Position numbers and translations under genes: made by a program
The notes under the pieces: generated by a model
Told to the model about the DNA's origin: nothing
Seen by the model: the letters and a program-made list of their open reading frames with translations, nothing else
The model's database searches: none
Assembly (NCBI GenBank): GCA_051294905.1
Contig: CM119371.1
Span: forward strand, 26,228,001 to 26,292,000
DNA length: 64,000 bases
Direction: 5' to 3'
Origin: Botryllus schlosseri
Lineage: Eukaryota
Part shown: positions 1 through 12,081 of the stretch, in pieces
How positions within the stretch are numbered: the stretch's first letter is position 1
How the letters are laid out: every line of letters begins with the position of its first letter

Positions 1-522
1 GAATTCATTCCTGCGAGTGATCGTCACTCACGTCAATGAGGATTTTCGAGCGTTATAAATAGGGGAATGCAGAAGAGTAGCCCAATACGCCGTTAAACTC
101 AACAAACAATTGTCGCGATGCGAGCTACTCAATGCGACGTCTGAACCCTATGGTGTTTTATGTTAAAGACAAAATTTCTGATTTGATAGGCGATTTCCAA
201 TTTGTAATCATCTGTGCCGTGTATTCATTCTTCTCGTCTGCCTGATACTCTGGTATTCGCGAATTATCGAAACAAAAAAAGGTCCTGTCCCGCCCATAGG
301 GTGATAAACCAAAGATGAACTCCCATCAAGCTGTACGTTTTTGCCGCCACTCAGCAGCCAGATATGTTGTACAGTCTAGTTTTTGTTGTTGTTTGTTTAT
401 GATACTCATGGTGTTTCGACTACATTGGTCATTTTACACCAGACCGATACTCTTTATATTGATTCCGTATTTGCCGACTTGTAGCACGGCCCACTTCTAG
501 GCTTTTAAGACACCGCTCACAC

Positions 523-656
523 GGATCACGTGGCGAGGAGGAGCCTAGATAAATCCCCAACACTTAGGTAGGTATTCCGGAGTCGACCTCGGTCGGACTC
601 GAACCCGCAACCCATTGGTGCTGCAGCTGTGGATTGTACCACTACGGTATCTCGCC
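523..656 (-). mobile_element. tRNA-derived SINE (degenerate)
   Basis: Reverse strand has a pol III B-box GGTTCGAGTCC (around 595-605) downstream of an A-box-like segment; 3' body (…GGCGAGGAGGAGCCTAGATAAATCCCCAACAC on +) resembles the copy at 2300-2424. Ends approximate. Confidence 0.55.
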
Positions 657-818
657 ACACTGTACAGTCTAGTACAGGGGCGGCCAACCCGAGTACCGCG
701 AGATGGTTTTGAGTGGCCGGCAAGTTAATTTTCTAAATTAGTCATATTATCAAAAAATGAATTACCGTGGTTTGTTTGTTTGTTTTATTAAAACATCATT
801 GGCGCTTATCGCCTATAC

Positions 819-2151
819 CAGACCTGGGCAAAGTGCGGCCCGCGAAGCTATTCTGCGCAGCCCGCGAAAGGTTGCTTCGAATTCAAAACATAAAACTTGC
901 TTTTGGAATGACTAAAACCACAGACTGTATCAAATGAACAGGAAATACGTTTACTTTGAAGCCTGTTCATTAATATGCCACGATTACGCCGCCTACGTAC
1001 CTCGTATGCGTATTCCAGATTCAAAATAAAGGGAATGTGACAAAGTATGAGTAGCAATTGAAGTCACAAGAAATCACTCTATTCATATAGATTAGTTCAT
1101 ACCTTCTCTGTTGTCATTGTAAAGTTACGCATTATACGGTACGTGTTTCCAATTGTTACGTGATACATTTCCAAATCCCTAATTCGTAAAACAAGTCAAT
1201 CAGTGCTCGCGAATACTATTTGACTCATGACTCATCATATCTATCACCCATAAAGGATTAACGGGCATGCCAAAAAAGGTAGTCGAAAACTGAAATTCCA
1301 AGAAGTTTTAGGTTTAGACTTTAGAACACTAATTATTTGTATACTGGAGTCAGGGGTAAACCCATCCTTTTAGTTTTTGCCGAGCATGTCGCCAAGATTA
1401 AGGATTTTAATTAAAGTCGGTCTTATGACAAAAACACTAAACACTCGGTCAAGGGAGGGTGAAGTTCAGAAAAACTGAAAGCCTCGCTCAACCTACAGGC
1501 TATGTAAACTGCACACTGCTCGGAAGGCAGCGACCAAGACACAAAGCTCCTAGCGATTGCATATTCATTTCAGTGCAGTCAGTGGTTCTCGAACTGGGGG
1601 CCTGAAACCAACCAAAGGGTGGCGCGAAGCCGAAGTTGAAGCGACTAACATCCACCATAGTGTTTTTGCTCTGTGTATTGTCCGACTGTGATATTTCAGA
1701 ATTCGCTCATCAACACCCAGAACCTTCCATGGCATCAAACCATCCGTTGGAATTGCTAGCATTCTGGTTGCAATTTTTGATATTTTGTAATATATGATAA
1801 GAGGGCGCGAAATTTTTCACTATCATAAAGGGAGGCGTGCCTAAAAAAGCTTGAGAATCACTGTTTTGAAGTCTTAATAGAAGAACGTGGATAGGGGTTT
1901 AAAGAGAGTTAAAAATGTACCATGCTTAAAATTGTTTCCAATCATGGCGGCAAACATATATATTTTTAATTAACCGTCAATTTCTCATTACCTAATATCA
2001 ACACATTCACTGAGCAGCATTTACTAATAAAGCAATTAGGAAACAAAATTAAAATACTTTGGGGAATATAGCTAAAACATTTCACTTGGCCCGCCAACGT
2101 TTTTTACTACTCCTCATTTGGCTCGCGGAGGAAAATAATTGCCCACCTCTG
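819..2151. mobile_element. non-autonomous hAT-type element
   Basis: Imperfect TIRs CAGACCTGGGCAA / TTGCCCACCTCTG; 8-bp flanks GCCTATAC (811-818) and GCCTATAA (2152-2159). Confidence 0.6.
1579..1863 (+). mobile_element. hAT-type MITE, ~300-bp CAGTGGTTCTCAAC family (degenerate copy nested in 819-2151)
   Basis: Termini CAGTGGTTCTCG…TTGAGAATCACTG; body (AACCTTCCATG.CATCAAAC…GATAAG.GGGCGCGAAAT) matches 40777-41096 and 56082-56378. Confidence 0.7.
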
Positions 2152-2299
2152 GCCTATAAGGTCATTTGCGCCCAGTACATTAATTTCATTAATGTCAGAT
2201 GTCTTTTGCTTTTGTTCCTTCAACGTTATCTTTAGTTGCCATCTTTCTAGAGTTCGGCTCTCTCGCCCTCTGGGCTTTTCAAGGCGCTGTATTCTCAAC

Positions 2300-2424
2300 T
2301 GGATCGGCGATGAGGAGCCCAGTTAAACCTCCGACACATAGAAGCATGGCAGAGCCGAGACTCGAACCAGCAGCCATTGGTGTCGTGACTGCAGTGTTTA
2401 ACCAACTGCACCACCCGCTTCCCC
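2300..2424 (-). mobile_element. tRNA-derived SINE
   Basis: Reverse strand GGGGAAGCGGGTGGTGCAGTTGGTTAAACAC (A-box) … GGTTCGAGTCTC (B-box), followed by a non-tRNA body shared with 523-656. Confidence 0.65.
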
Positions 2425-4423
2425 AATTACCGTGGTTGATTAGCCTGGCCGCAAAATTCGGGATGTTGATGACTAAATTACCATTTCCGACGCATTTGTC
2501 GTAGCCAGGGGCCAGCCACATTTTTCGTAGATGGTCTTATATGACCATTATAACGCAGGGCAAATGTTTCGATGATGATGAACCTGTGTGATCTGACTCC
2601 GAGAAAGTCACCTGTGACAATTCGCTGCGTATACCTTTCCTTTCGACGGACCAGCGTTCAGCGGCAGTGACGGATTTGACTATCGTACAACAGAGTCTGC
2701 CTTGTACACACGTAGTCAAAATCACACGGACAACGTTCTTTGATTCTGTCTCCAGCAGTTGTAAATCTATTGAAATGTTCCCAAACGTAATGTCGAATGA
2801 ATATCAATGAATGAATATCTCACGTGTATAACATGCATATATAAATACGAATTACTTTCTCTCACTATTCCGCATTATACAGAAATCATGTCATATCATA
2901 TTTCCTGCATAACATATCGAGATACTGCACAGACTTAAATCTATAACACCCAAAACGTCGTTACCAATGCATATATTTCATTTCATCACCTGTTTCAAGA
3001 TATTTTACTGACTTTACGTTATTTATTATTACTAAGTTAATTACCAAAATATATTCAGTTAAAACCATGAAGTACAATATTTCGCATATTAGCAGAAATC
3101 TTCGATATTTTCAAGTCCATGCGTCGAATAGACCTAATTCTGTCCTAGCCAAATGAGCCCAGCGGTATGCAGAGAAGACCAGCAACATGTGCAAGTAACA
3201 TTATTATTGACTGAATTCATTCTATGTCCTTGAAAGAATTTCAGCGCTGCGCGCCGATATTGTGTGGCTGCCCCGCGAGTCTTTATGTCGTAATTTTTAT
3301 TGATTTTGATACGTAGGACTGTTATAGGTATTTTTTAGCGTTACCTAATCCGGTTCCCTCCTATCGGATGTGTAAAAAAGGTCATCAACATTCAAGTCGT
3401 CTGCGCAATGGTTCGTAAATCTCATGTGGCCCCTTGGCCGAAATGGTTGGCCACCCCTGGTTTAATTGCATCGACGGGCCACGAGCGATAGTTTTTTTAT
3501 AATTCATGATTAAATCGGTCGAGAGTGTCTTTTTCGTGATTTATGCCTGGTGTCGCATACATGAAGCAGTAAATCGGAAATGTGTTCAACAAAATAAAGA
3601 TGGAAATAAGCGATTTGGCCGGATTTGGAAGGTTTTGAATGCGGATTTAAATTTGCACTTGAAATGCCTGAAAATATTCAATTGCGATGTTTGACAGAAC
3701 TTGAGCCAAGATCAGTTTCGTATTGGATTTTCACCTGGTACGGATATTTGCAGAATATACCGATATATTGCGGTCGATTAAACTAGCACCCTTCGCCACA
3801 ATAGTCTACATTTGGCCCTGATTTTTGCTGCAGATTTCTCGGTAAATTCGCTGAATACATATCCCGGTTTCCGTGTCATACGACATCTTCACTATGTTGA
3901 AGCTTCCAGTATAGGCATTTGCGTTGACCACAACATTTCACAAGTACAGCATCGCTATCGCCTCGACCACATACCCACATACGTTTCATGATTTCGTGTT
4001 ATTGACAGGAATTCACCCTATAACGTTGAAACAAATATAGGTATTTTAATTCAAGCCTATATCAACACAACATCACACAGTGTATGCGAAGCATCACAGT
4101 GAAAGGTTTATGAGCAGGACTGATGGCCTTATGTTATTGCCATGATTCCAGGCAGCTCCGATGATGCAGGCTACTAAAAAAATATTGTAGCATCTCGCGC
4201 ATTGTAGCAGGAATTGTTCTGCAGAATCAAGCTGCGGCAGTGTGCACAGTTCGCTTCATCTGTCGTCGTGGCATCCAATCCCGTACATTGTACAATGTAC
4301 ATACGTTCGTTCAGACCACAATGTCCTGTTCAAAGTCAGAGTGGACGACTCCATTCTCGATGTCCATGTTCTTCGCTGTTAATTTCAGGAACCGACTTTA
4401 CAGAATACCATACTAATGCGAGG

Positions 4424-6618
4424 CTAAACATTAGAAGAGCTGTTCTCTGACGGTCGGCAGACAATACAGTCATCTAAACTAGAGATGCATTCCGAGCAGT
4501 ACGAGGGCGGGTGCGTGCAAGCTACAAACGATTCGTTAGCAGCCATCCGAGAACGGCATTGGATGCAGACATAGTTCTTCAGGTCCTCTTCATCCGGTTC
4601 ATTCAAGCTGCTGTGAAAGAGTTCATTTGATAATTAATTGATTATTCGATGGTAAAATAACATGTTAATTGAGAATGAATCCGATTATTAAATAACTAAG
4701 TTTAACGAGAAATCTGAAATAAACGGAACTAGAAATAACGCGAAGCCTCGAGTTATTGAATGTAGAATGAATCGCATTGGTGATCTTCACTGCATACCAC
4801 TGCTATCTAATTATTAGCTATGACGGTTTACTACGTTGCAATCTAGGCCATTATAGACGCCGGACACGGATAATTTCGTAACGGCGCCTAACAATAATCC
4901 AGAACAGTGGTTCTCAACCGCCGGTCCGCCAGGTATATTACAATTTTACACTTTGATTTCAAGATGCAATGTTGAAGGCTTGTCCATTGATAAAATAAAT
5001 AAAACATCAAATTTAAAACTGATTCACAACTTCGTGAGGCAACATTAGGGCTGGAAACATGTTCGATTTGACTTGAAGTTCAAGACGTTTTATTTGACGA
5101 CATTCGCGCGACAAGCAGAGAACAGATACGAACTCACTCATCGCTAAACAGCACATGCACTTTGATCATTGGATTTCGATTCATTCATTTTGTGCAGGAC
5201 CGTTACTGCATGGGGCACGCCAAACCGCTTAATTGGAGAGGGACCGAGCTCGAAAAGGGCCCAAAATTATTTCGCCATTGAACATAAATCAGCGTTTTTA
5301 TTTGAAACTTTTTTCAACATTTTTCAATTTCTTTGTGCGATTTGCACGAATTAGTGTGCCTAAACGTTTTACTTATTAGGTGCCCTTCTCCGAGAAATAC
5401 GCATGATTTATAGGCATTTCGGCGTCAACCATTACTGCGTCACGACGAACCAACACATAATGAAGTTTAGGTTAACATATGACTCCGAAAGGTGGACCAA
5501 AAATTCGGCCGCGAGAAAACCGCTTCAGTTGTGAATGATCGAAAATTTTCACCAGTGGCGCGATCAGTTAAGTTAACTCTCTGCTTACGCTGAGTAGAAT
5601 GGATGTGATCACAAGCACAGGTGAAATATCCCACAACTGTAGGTTCTGGGGGCGAATCCCCCGAAATTTGGGTTATCGCCCAGTGGGGGCCCCAAGACCA
5701 ACGTTTTTGGGGTGCGCTGAAGAAGTGCTTTTTCGGCCCGGATATGCGGATAGCCGGTATAGCTGCTGTGATGTGCTTTCTTGCGGCACGTATTGCATTC
5801 GTAGTTGGCAGTGTAGCCTTGGTCTGTTGGCAGTGGACAATGAGCAAGGTAGCACGACAAGATGCTTGGTTCGACTCCGATGCGCTTCTTCTCTCCATAT
5901 TATCAAAGAGAAGAATATTATTGGAGTTGGCGTGGTCACTTAATCCAACGGCCTTCGGCGCGAAAGACTGTAAACTCTCGTCGGTAGCACGTTTATCTGG
6001 CAAGGCAATTTTACCTCGACTCAGCTGACTTGCTACCATGAAATCACATCGATGCCATCATGAGTATAATTAAATACGATCAAAACCCTCTAAATGTCAC
6101 TCTCTAGCACCATATAATTGCAAAAAAACAGTTGGATACTTTACATTTTGGCGTCATTTCACTTTTGAAAGTTCACCGGTCCGCCAAACATTTTTTGAAA
6201 TTTTACCGGTCCGCGAGGCGAAAAAGGTTGAGAACCACTGATCCAGAACATTTCCTGAGATTAATAAGAAGCTTTTCTGAGCCGAAAAGTCAGTCAACAC
6301 CATACTACACTGTGGTATTTTACCAATCGGGAACACACCTGCATATTTCATAACATATATATCAACCTGGGTCATTTATAGCCACTGTGTCCATCACCTA
6401 ATTTCAATTAGATTTTAACATCTACAAAAGCCAATACTATTGGATACACGAGAGTTTTCCTGTGCGCATGCTTTGACAAAAGCCGGTATGGTTCCAAATA
6501 ATTGAACCAAATGTTACCTTTCTGCTGTAGCGTCGCTGCAAACCACCCCCAGGTTCAGCTCGCTCGACTTTGCACTATCACTCCGTGACTCCTGATAGTC
6601 AGCATTGTTTACTGACAT
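4424..6618 (-). CDS. 94-aa RING-finger-only protein, paralog A (coding exons 6618-6518 and 4607-4424)
   Basis: GT-AG phase-2 intron. Translation MSVNNADYQESRSDSAKSSELNLGVVCSDATAES-LNEPDEEDLKNYVCIQCRSRMAANESFVACTHPPSYCSECISSLDDCIVCRPSENSSSNV*; pattern Cx2C-x12-CxH-x4-Cx2C-x6-Cx2CR. Identical exon lengths (101+184 nt) in paralog B. Confidence 0.7.
4905..6240. mobile_element. non-autonomous hAT element in the intron of RING paralog A
   Basis: TIR CAGTGGTTCTCAACC / GGTTGAGAACCACTG; exact 8-bp TSD ATCCAGAA (4897-4904, 6241-6248). Confidence 0.85.
5195..5741 (-). mobile_element. internally deleted copy of the CAGG(G/A)CCGTAAC element family, nested
   Basis: Ends resemble the reverse complement of both ends of 24118-25438; TSD not recognisable. 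Confidence 0.5.
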
Positions 6619-9149
6619 TATGTAGGCTCTTGATATATACAGTCGAGCTGAAATCAACACTTTTAGATGGTATTGCTTTCCGTTTCAGTGCATGTGTGTG
6701 GACTTTATCTTGCGATGACCAGCGTGGATTCGGTTCTTAAGAGTTAGGTAATTTAGAGTTCCTCCTCTATAGAGAGAGATGGATAATTTATTCGGTTCCA
6801 TGAAAGTGAAAATATATAGATACATGAATACAAAGCAAAATATATATAATTCAATTCAGAACGAGGTTGTAGTGAAGGAATCGAGAGATAATCAAGTCAG
6901 CTAAAGCATGAAAGGCGGCTGGTTGTGATATCAAACTTTAAACAAAATATATCACAGTTCGCAATATATCATGCCAGCTATATGTGCCCCCTAGTACTGA
7001 AAAGGTTGATAACTATTTACCAAAGCCGCCCTGTTTACAAATACATTGGAAATCACCAGAAAATATCATCAAATATCGTGCGTCAGACGGTATCGTTCAT
7101 GAATTTAGTAACAAGAATAAGCTATAAAGTGTATCAGTACCATGGGTGTCAAACGTATGAATGAGCAATTGAGCATTTAAGCAATTGAGCATGGGCATGG
7201 GGACCTGCTTTCAAAGCTCTTGTATGCGTGGACCATATTGCCTATCTTCAAAGTTTAAACTGATGCTACGATACAAACGCTTTTATGGGAAAGTTAGTAC
7301 ATCAATTTTTGCTCATCTGCAAGTCGGTATTTAACTACTTTGTATATTACGGTTGCTCTATTTGTACAGATGTTGTGATGGCAAACGCATCCCAGCGCAT
7401 CATATGGACCGTGGTGGAAGCCCTATACGCCGATAGTGCAATTACAGCTCTATATTTTCAATTGCAATTCTCAAGTGTACAAAGTGGTGTCTTACAAAAA
7501 GCCTAGAAGTGGGCCGTGCTATCAGTCGGCAGTTACGAAATAAAAATGAAGAATATCAGCCTGGTGTAAATGACCAGAGTAGTCCAAAACACCATGAATA
7601 CCTCAAAAGAAGCACAAATAACTACAGTAATGTTATAGAACCCGAACTGAACCAACGACGTGACATCATGACTATAACAAATCCACTGTTCACTAAATAC
7701 ACAAATAGAAATCCCTTTATTGTGCACTCGTTCACGTAATATAGTTGGTAATTCGCGATACGTCTGATGGGGTGAATCGGACTGGCGAGAGTACGATGAC
7801 GATCATCACTCCAATAATTAATAATATATATCTCTGAGAATCTCCAGCGTTGCCTCAATCCTAGATAACATGTCCGCGATCTTCAGAGGGTAAATCATTG
7901 TGGATTCTGTCAGCTACCCGACGCCAAATTTACGTTACAGCTAACAGCATATCTCTATCAAATGAACAAATGCATTTGATTTTGCGAAATCGCCTCATAA
8001 GCAAGTACCTCGTAAACTTCACAATATACGGACTAATTTCAGACGCTTGGCACGATACCGATTTCCGTATCGTATTCCAAGCAGACTGATCAACGTTTAC
8101 TCTAGTTGTAGTTCATAAACATTATGCTAAAGAATCGCTGCGTATCAAACACTAGCGGACCACGGTCCGTCTCTTGGAAAATCATAAAGGAAATTACAAT
8201 TGATTTCGATTGGTTGTATTCGTGTTGCAAAAAAACTGTCAATTTCATTTCTCTGAGAGCCATAGGTTCCCTACCCTGATCTAGACAGTTAGATACCCGT
8301 AATTAAGTACTTCCCACATACCATGATGGAGTTGCTAATCTGAGTCCAGAATGTATGCTTTCGAGCTTTATACACGGCAAAGACTGTACAACGAGAGAGT
8401 GCTATTTAGGAGAAACCTACCCTAGTAACAGTTACAAAATATAGAATGTATACGTAGGCTACTATGTAAGTCGTCAAAACCCTGAGTAATCATAATATGG
8501 TAAATATGTACTTTGTTCAGTTGTGGATGGTTCATATGTTCCGATAAATTTTTTGCAAGGATCTGTTTGAACACGAACATGAAACGATCACATCGTGATG
8601 TCATCTTGTTAATTCCAACCCTACATTTCAGCGAAGTGGTATATTAATGTAGGCTACACAATACCTAGTGACAACTCGGGCCACACCATGACACAATGCT
8701 GAAGTACATGCTGAATTTTTAAACGCCATCAAATGTATAAACTGGAACAATCAATTACAATAATAATCCGATAAATGCATATTTTCCATTGCTTTGCCAA
8801 CAATTTCGACGGGGACTTGCAGGGGAATATAAGCTTACGCCTTAACGGTTTAAGTCAGACCGGACTATGTATTCGGCGTATAACTATTGATACATTGATA
8901 TTGAGCATAGTGTAAAACGGGTCTCTATACTTGGTACCGATATTACCCTATAAACAAGTTATACAGTAACCAACACCCAATTCGCCCAGATTTGGTTTTT
9001 ATGACACAATAAACATATCAAATAAAGATCGATCCCGCACGCCTGCTTGATTTTTTTTTACATCAGACAACAATGCATTTTTATACGTCTGGATGCACAT
9101 TGAATAATGCCAACTTCCACTACCGAATACGGAGGCTTAGACGCGTAAG

Positions 9150-9637
9150 GCTATGCAAAAATGTCCACTCCCGCTACACGAGATCCTCGTCCAAAGGAAA
9201 TATCTACTTACCCCTACCCAATAGCAACCTAACTAAGAGATCTATCGACTACTCGGGACCTATCATCTGGAATGCATTACCACGACAAATCCGTGAATTG
9301 CCTTATAATAGATTCAAAAAAGCCCTACTTGATCACCTCTTGTCGTTACACTAACACTGTTGCCCTACCTCGCCCAGGCATTGCTTCATTGATCATTTGC
9401 TACCATCGTTTAAGTTATCCTTTTTTTTTTAAAACTACCGTAACATTTTTTACAGCCAGACTGTTTAGAGTCTAGTGCACCTGTTTGATGCTGGTGTGAT
9501 TAGACTAGATGACCTTCACGGTCTTATCGATCATTCCTATCTATTACCGAATACTGTGCAAGCATATTTCTGTACCACCACCACTGCCGTGTGTTATGTA
9601 TTTTGGTTGGATGCAAATAAAGACTCTCTCTCTCTCT

Positions 9638-9686
<49 letters not shown>
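9150..9686 (+). mobile_element. 5'-truncated CR1-group (L2/Crack-like) LINE 3' end with (CT)n tail
   Basis: Peptide HSRYTRSSSKGNIYLP…KRSIDYSGPIIWNALP…FKKAL (stop at 9354) is typical of the C-terminal end of CR1/L2-group ORF2; 3'UTR ends AATAAAGA followed by a CT microsatellite. Confidence 0.7.
9624..9686. repeat. (CT)n microsatellite
   Basis: Seen directly; slightly interrupted. Confidence 0.95.
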
Positions 9687-9689
<3 letters not shown>

Positions 9690-9875
9690 GCATAGCCACG
9701 CAGATCGTCTAGCACGCGTGTGAGGAATGAGGATAATCATACCTCGACAAGTTTACTGGCAGCCACCCGCAGTTCAATTACATTTCCAACAAATCGAAAT
9801 AATAACAAAGTTATTAACTGATAAATTTGATCAACGTTACTTCTCAATTCTCATATTCGTCGCCTGTAACAAAAC

Positions 9876-10448
9876 GTTGTACTACAAGCATACATTTAAA
9901 CGGAAGTGCCTGCACGCTACCAAACAATCGCAATATGAATCGCTTTATTTGTAATTCGAATTTGTAAACGGGAATATCATTTCCAAAGGCGTTGCACTAC
10001 AAGCATACATTTAAACGGAAGTGCCGGCACGCTACCTAACAATCGCAATACGGATTGCTATATTTGTAATTCGAATTTGTAAACGAGAATATCATTTCCA
10101 AAGGCGTTGCACTACAAGCATACATTTAAACGGAAGTGCCGGCACGCTAAGTAACAATCGCAATATGGATTGATATATTTGTAATTCGAATTTGTAAACG
10201 AGAATATCATTTCCAAAGGCGTTGCACTACAAGCATACATTTAAACGGAAGTGCCGGCACGCTACCTAACAATCGCAATACGGATTGCTATATTTGTAAT
10301 TCGAATTTGTAAACGAGAATATCATTTCCAAAGGCGTTGCACTACAAGCATACATTTAAACGGAAGTGCCGGCACGCTAAGTAACAATCGCAATATGGAT
10401 TGATATATTTGTAATTCGAATTTGTAAACGAGAATATCGCTTCCAAAG
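9876..10448. repeat. 115-bp tandem repeat, ~5 copies
   Basis: ACTACAAGCATACATTTAAACGGAAGTGCC recurs at 9881, 9996, 10111, 10226, 10341. Confidence 0.95.
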
Positions 10449-10548
10449 AAAGTAATTTCTCGATGGTGATTGGGGAAACAATGAGGATTGGAAAACTGTA
10501 TTGTCATACAGGCGCCGCCAAGTCTGCCTTCTTTGCCATCACTTAACG

Positions 10549-11592
10549 CAGGGTTCACCAACCCGGTGCCCGCGGGCACCAGGTAGCCCGCGAGGACTAG
10601 ATGAGTAGCCCGCGATCCCATTCTAAAAATAGGTGGAATAGCAGCATTTACCAATATTCGTCAGATTATTACCAGTGAGCTTTTAAATATATAGATTGTT
10701 TGATTCAGCTATTCTTGTTTAAAACACACTAACATGTGGATAAACACTTGAAAATATCTTCAATTACAATTAGTAATATAGATGTATGTGATGGAATCAC
10801 CAGAAATTCAAGATACGGCGCATTGCCTACACAGGTGGCATGACGGAATGCCGTCCACGGTCTTCTTGAAATGGTGGGGGGTTCCGTTACGATAGCTCGA
10901 CGACCAGGACAATGCCAAAGTAGTAACCAATATTACTATTCGGACTCAGATAGCCGTGAAGTACTAGCAGATTTTCAGTAACTGTATACCCATTACGTAT
11001 TGCATCTTTTGGCACAGCTTGTTTCTGTTACACTAAACGCAGTTTAATGTACCATGTTTCTAACTTTCTGTAATCGTTGCTGCTGTCCGGTATAATGAAA
11101 TCTTGTCATTTCTGGATGCTGAACATTAGGAGATTGAAATTGTAACACTGCAAAATGACCCCCACCTCACTGTGCAGAAAATGTTCGGTGCCTTGTTGAT
11201 ACGGAAAACTACAGTAGTGTATGCGCAGCAATTATGAAGGTTGCAAGCGTCTATTGTTCGACTTATCGTTGTGAATCAGCCTTTTCGGACATGAACTTCA
11301 TCAAAAACATACACAAAACACGCTTAATTATTGCACATCTGGAACACTAACTTAGAATCGCAGCGTCAAGTTAAATACCAGTGTACAACGCACTAGTTGA
11401 TATCATACAATGCCAGGCTTCCCACTGACTGCTATAGAAACAGATAACATGATGTCCAGTCCTGCCCAGTGCTATGAATATCAAAGCGGAAATTCAGTGT
11501 GGTACGGGTAAACGGCGGGAGTAAATAGTCGTTCGCCGCTTCAATCATTACGCAAAAGTAGCCCTCGGTTGCAAAAAGGTTGGTGACCCCTG
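10549..11592 (+). mobile_element. deleted hAT (Buster/Charlie-like) transposon with C-terminal transposase remnant
   Basis: TIRs CAGGGTTCACCAACC / GGTTGGTGACCCCTG; flanks ACTTAACG / AATTAACG; 11258-11428 translates STYRCESAFSDMNFIKN…*LRIAASS*IPVYNALVDIIQCQASH*, the hAT dimerisation-domain end typical of GTF2IRD2/EPM2AIP1-like transposases. Confidence 0.8.
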
Positions 11593-12081
11593 AATTAACG
11601 TATTGTGCAAAACTGAATTCATCCTTCAGGGAACGCGATATGTCGGGTAAAGCGATTTCGCGGGCATGTTGATTGCGGGCATAACATCAATTTTGATTTG
11701 TCAAATGTGCAAACTTCACATTGAGCACGATTTAGATTATTTATTGATCATTTGCTTTAGACTAGAATTATTTTGCGCATAATTTTGAAATTTGGAAAAA
11801 ATCGCTCGCGGCACACTTTCGACATGTAAATGGCACACTAGTGTGCCGCGGCACACCGGTTGGGAACCACTGCCATACGTCCTCTTGTCATATTTTTTGA
11901 CATTTTTGAAACTGTCCTCGGAGGACGCCCAAATGTCCTCTTTTTAGGAATGTGTCCTTTTTTAAATATCGGTTAAATGTAGCCTATGTTAAAATTCAAC
12001 TGGGATAAAGAAAATTAGTACTCGAGTCACGTTCCGGCGGGTCTTTCGGGAGTTGAATCAGAATGTTGACCTTGTTCGCTC

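Noticed and set aside
2340..2424. Functional tRNA gene
   Set aside because: A/B boxes are present but I could not build a full cloverleaf, and it continues into a shared SINE body.
5467..6039. 190-aa ORF and overlapping ORFs
   Set aside because: Lie inside nested MITEs, cross element boundaries and show no recognisable motif.
9876..10448. Possible CRISPR-like array
   Set aside because: Whole 115-bp units repeat head to tail with no unique spacers, and there are no cas genes; eukaryotic context.
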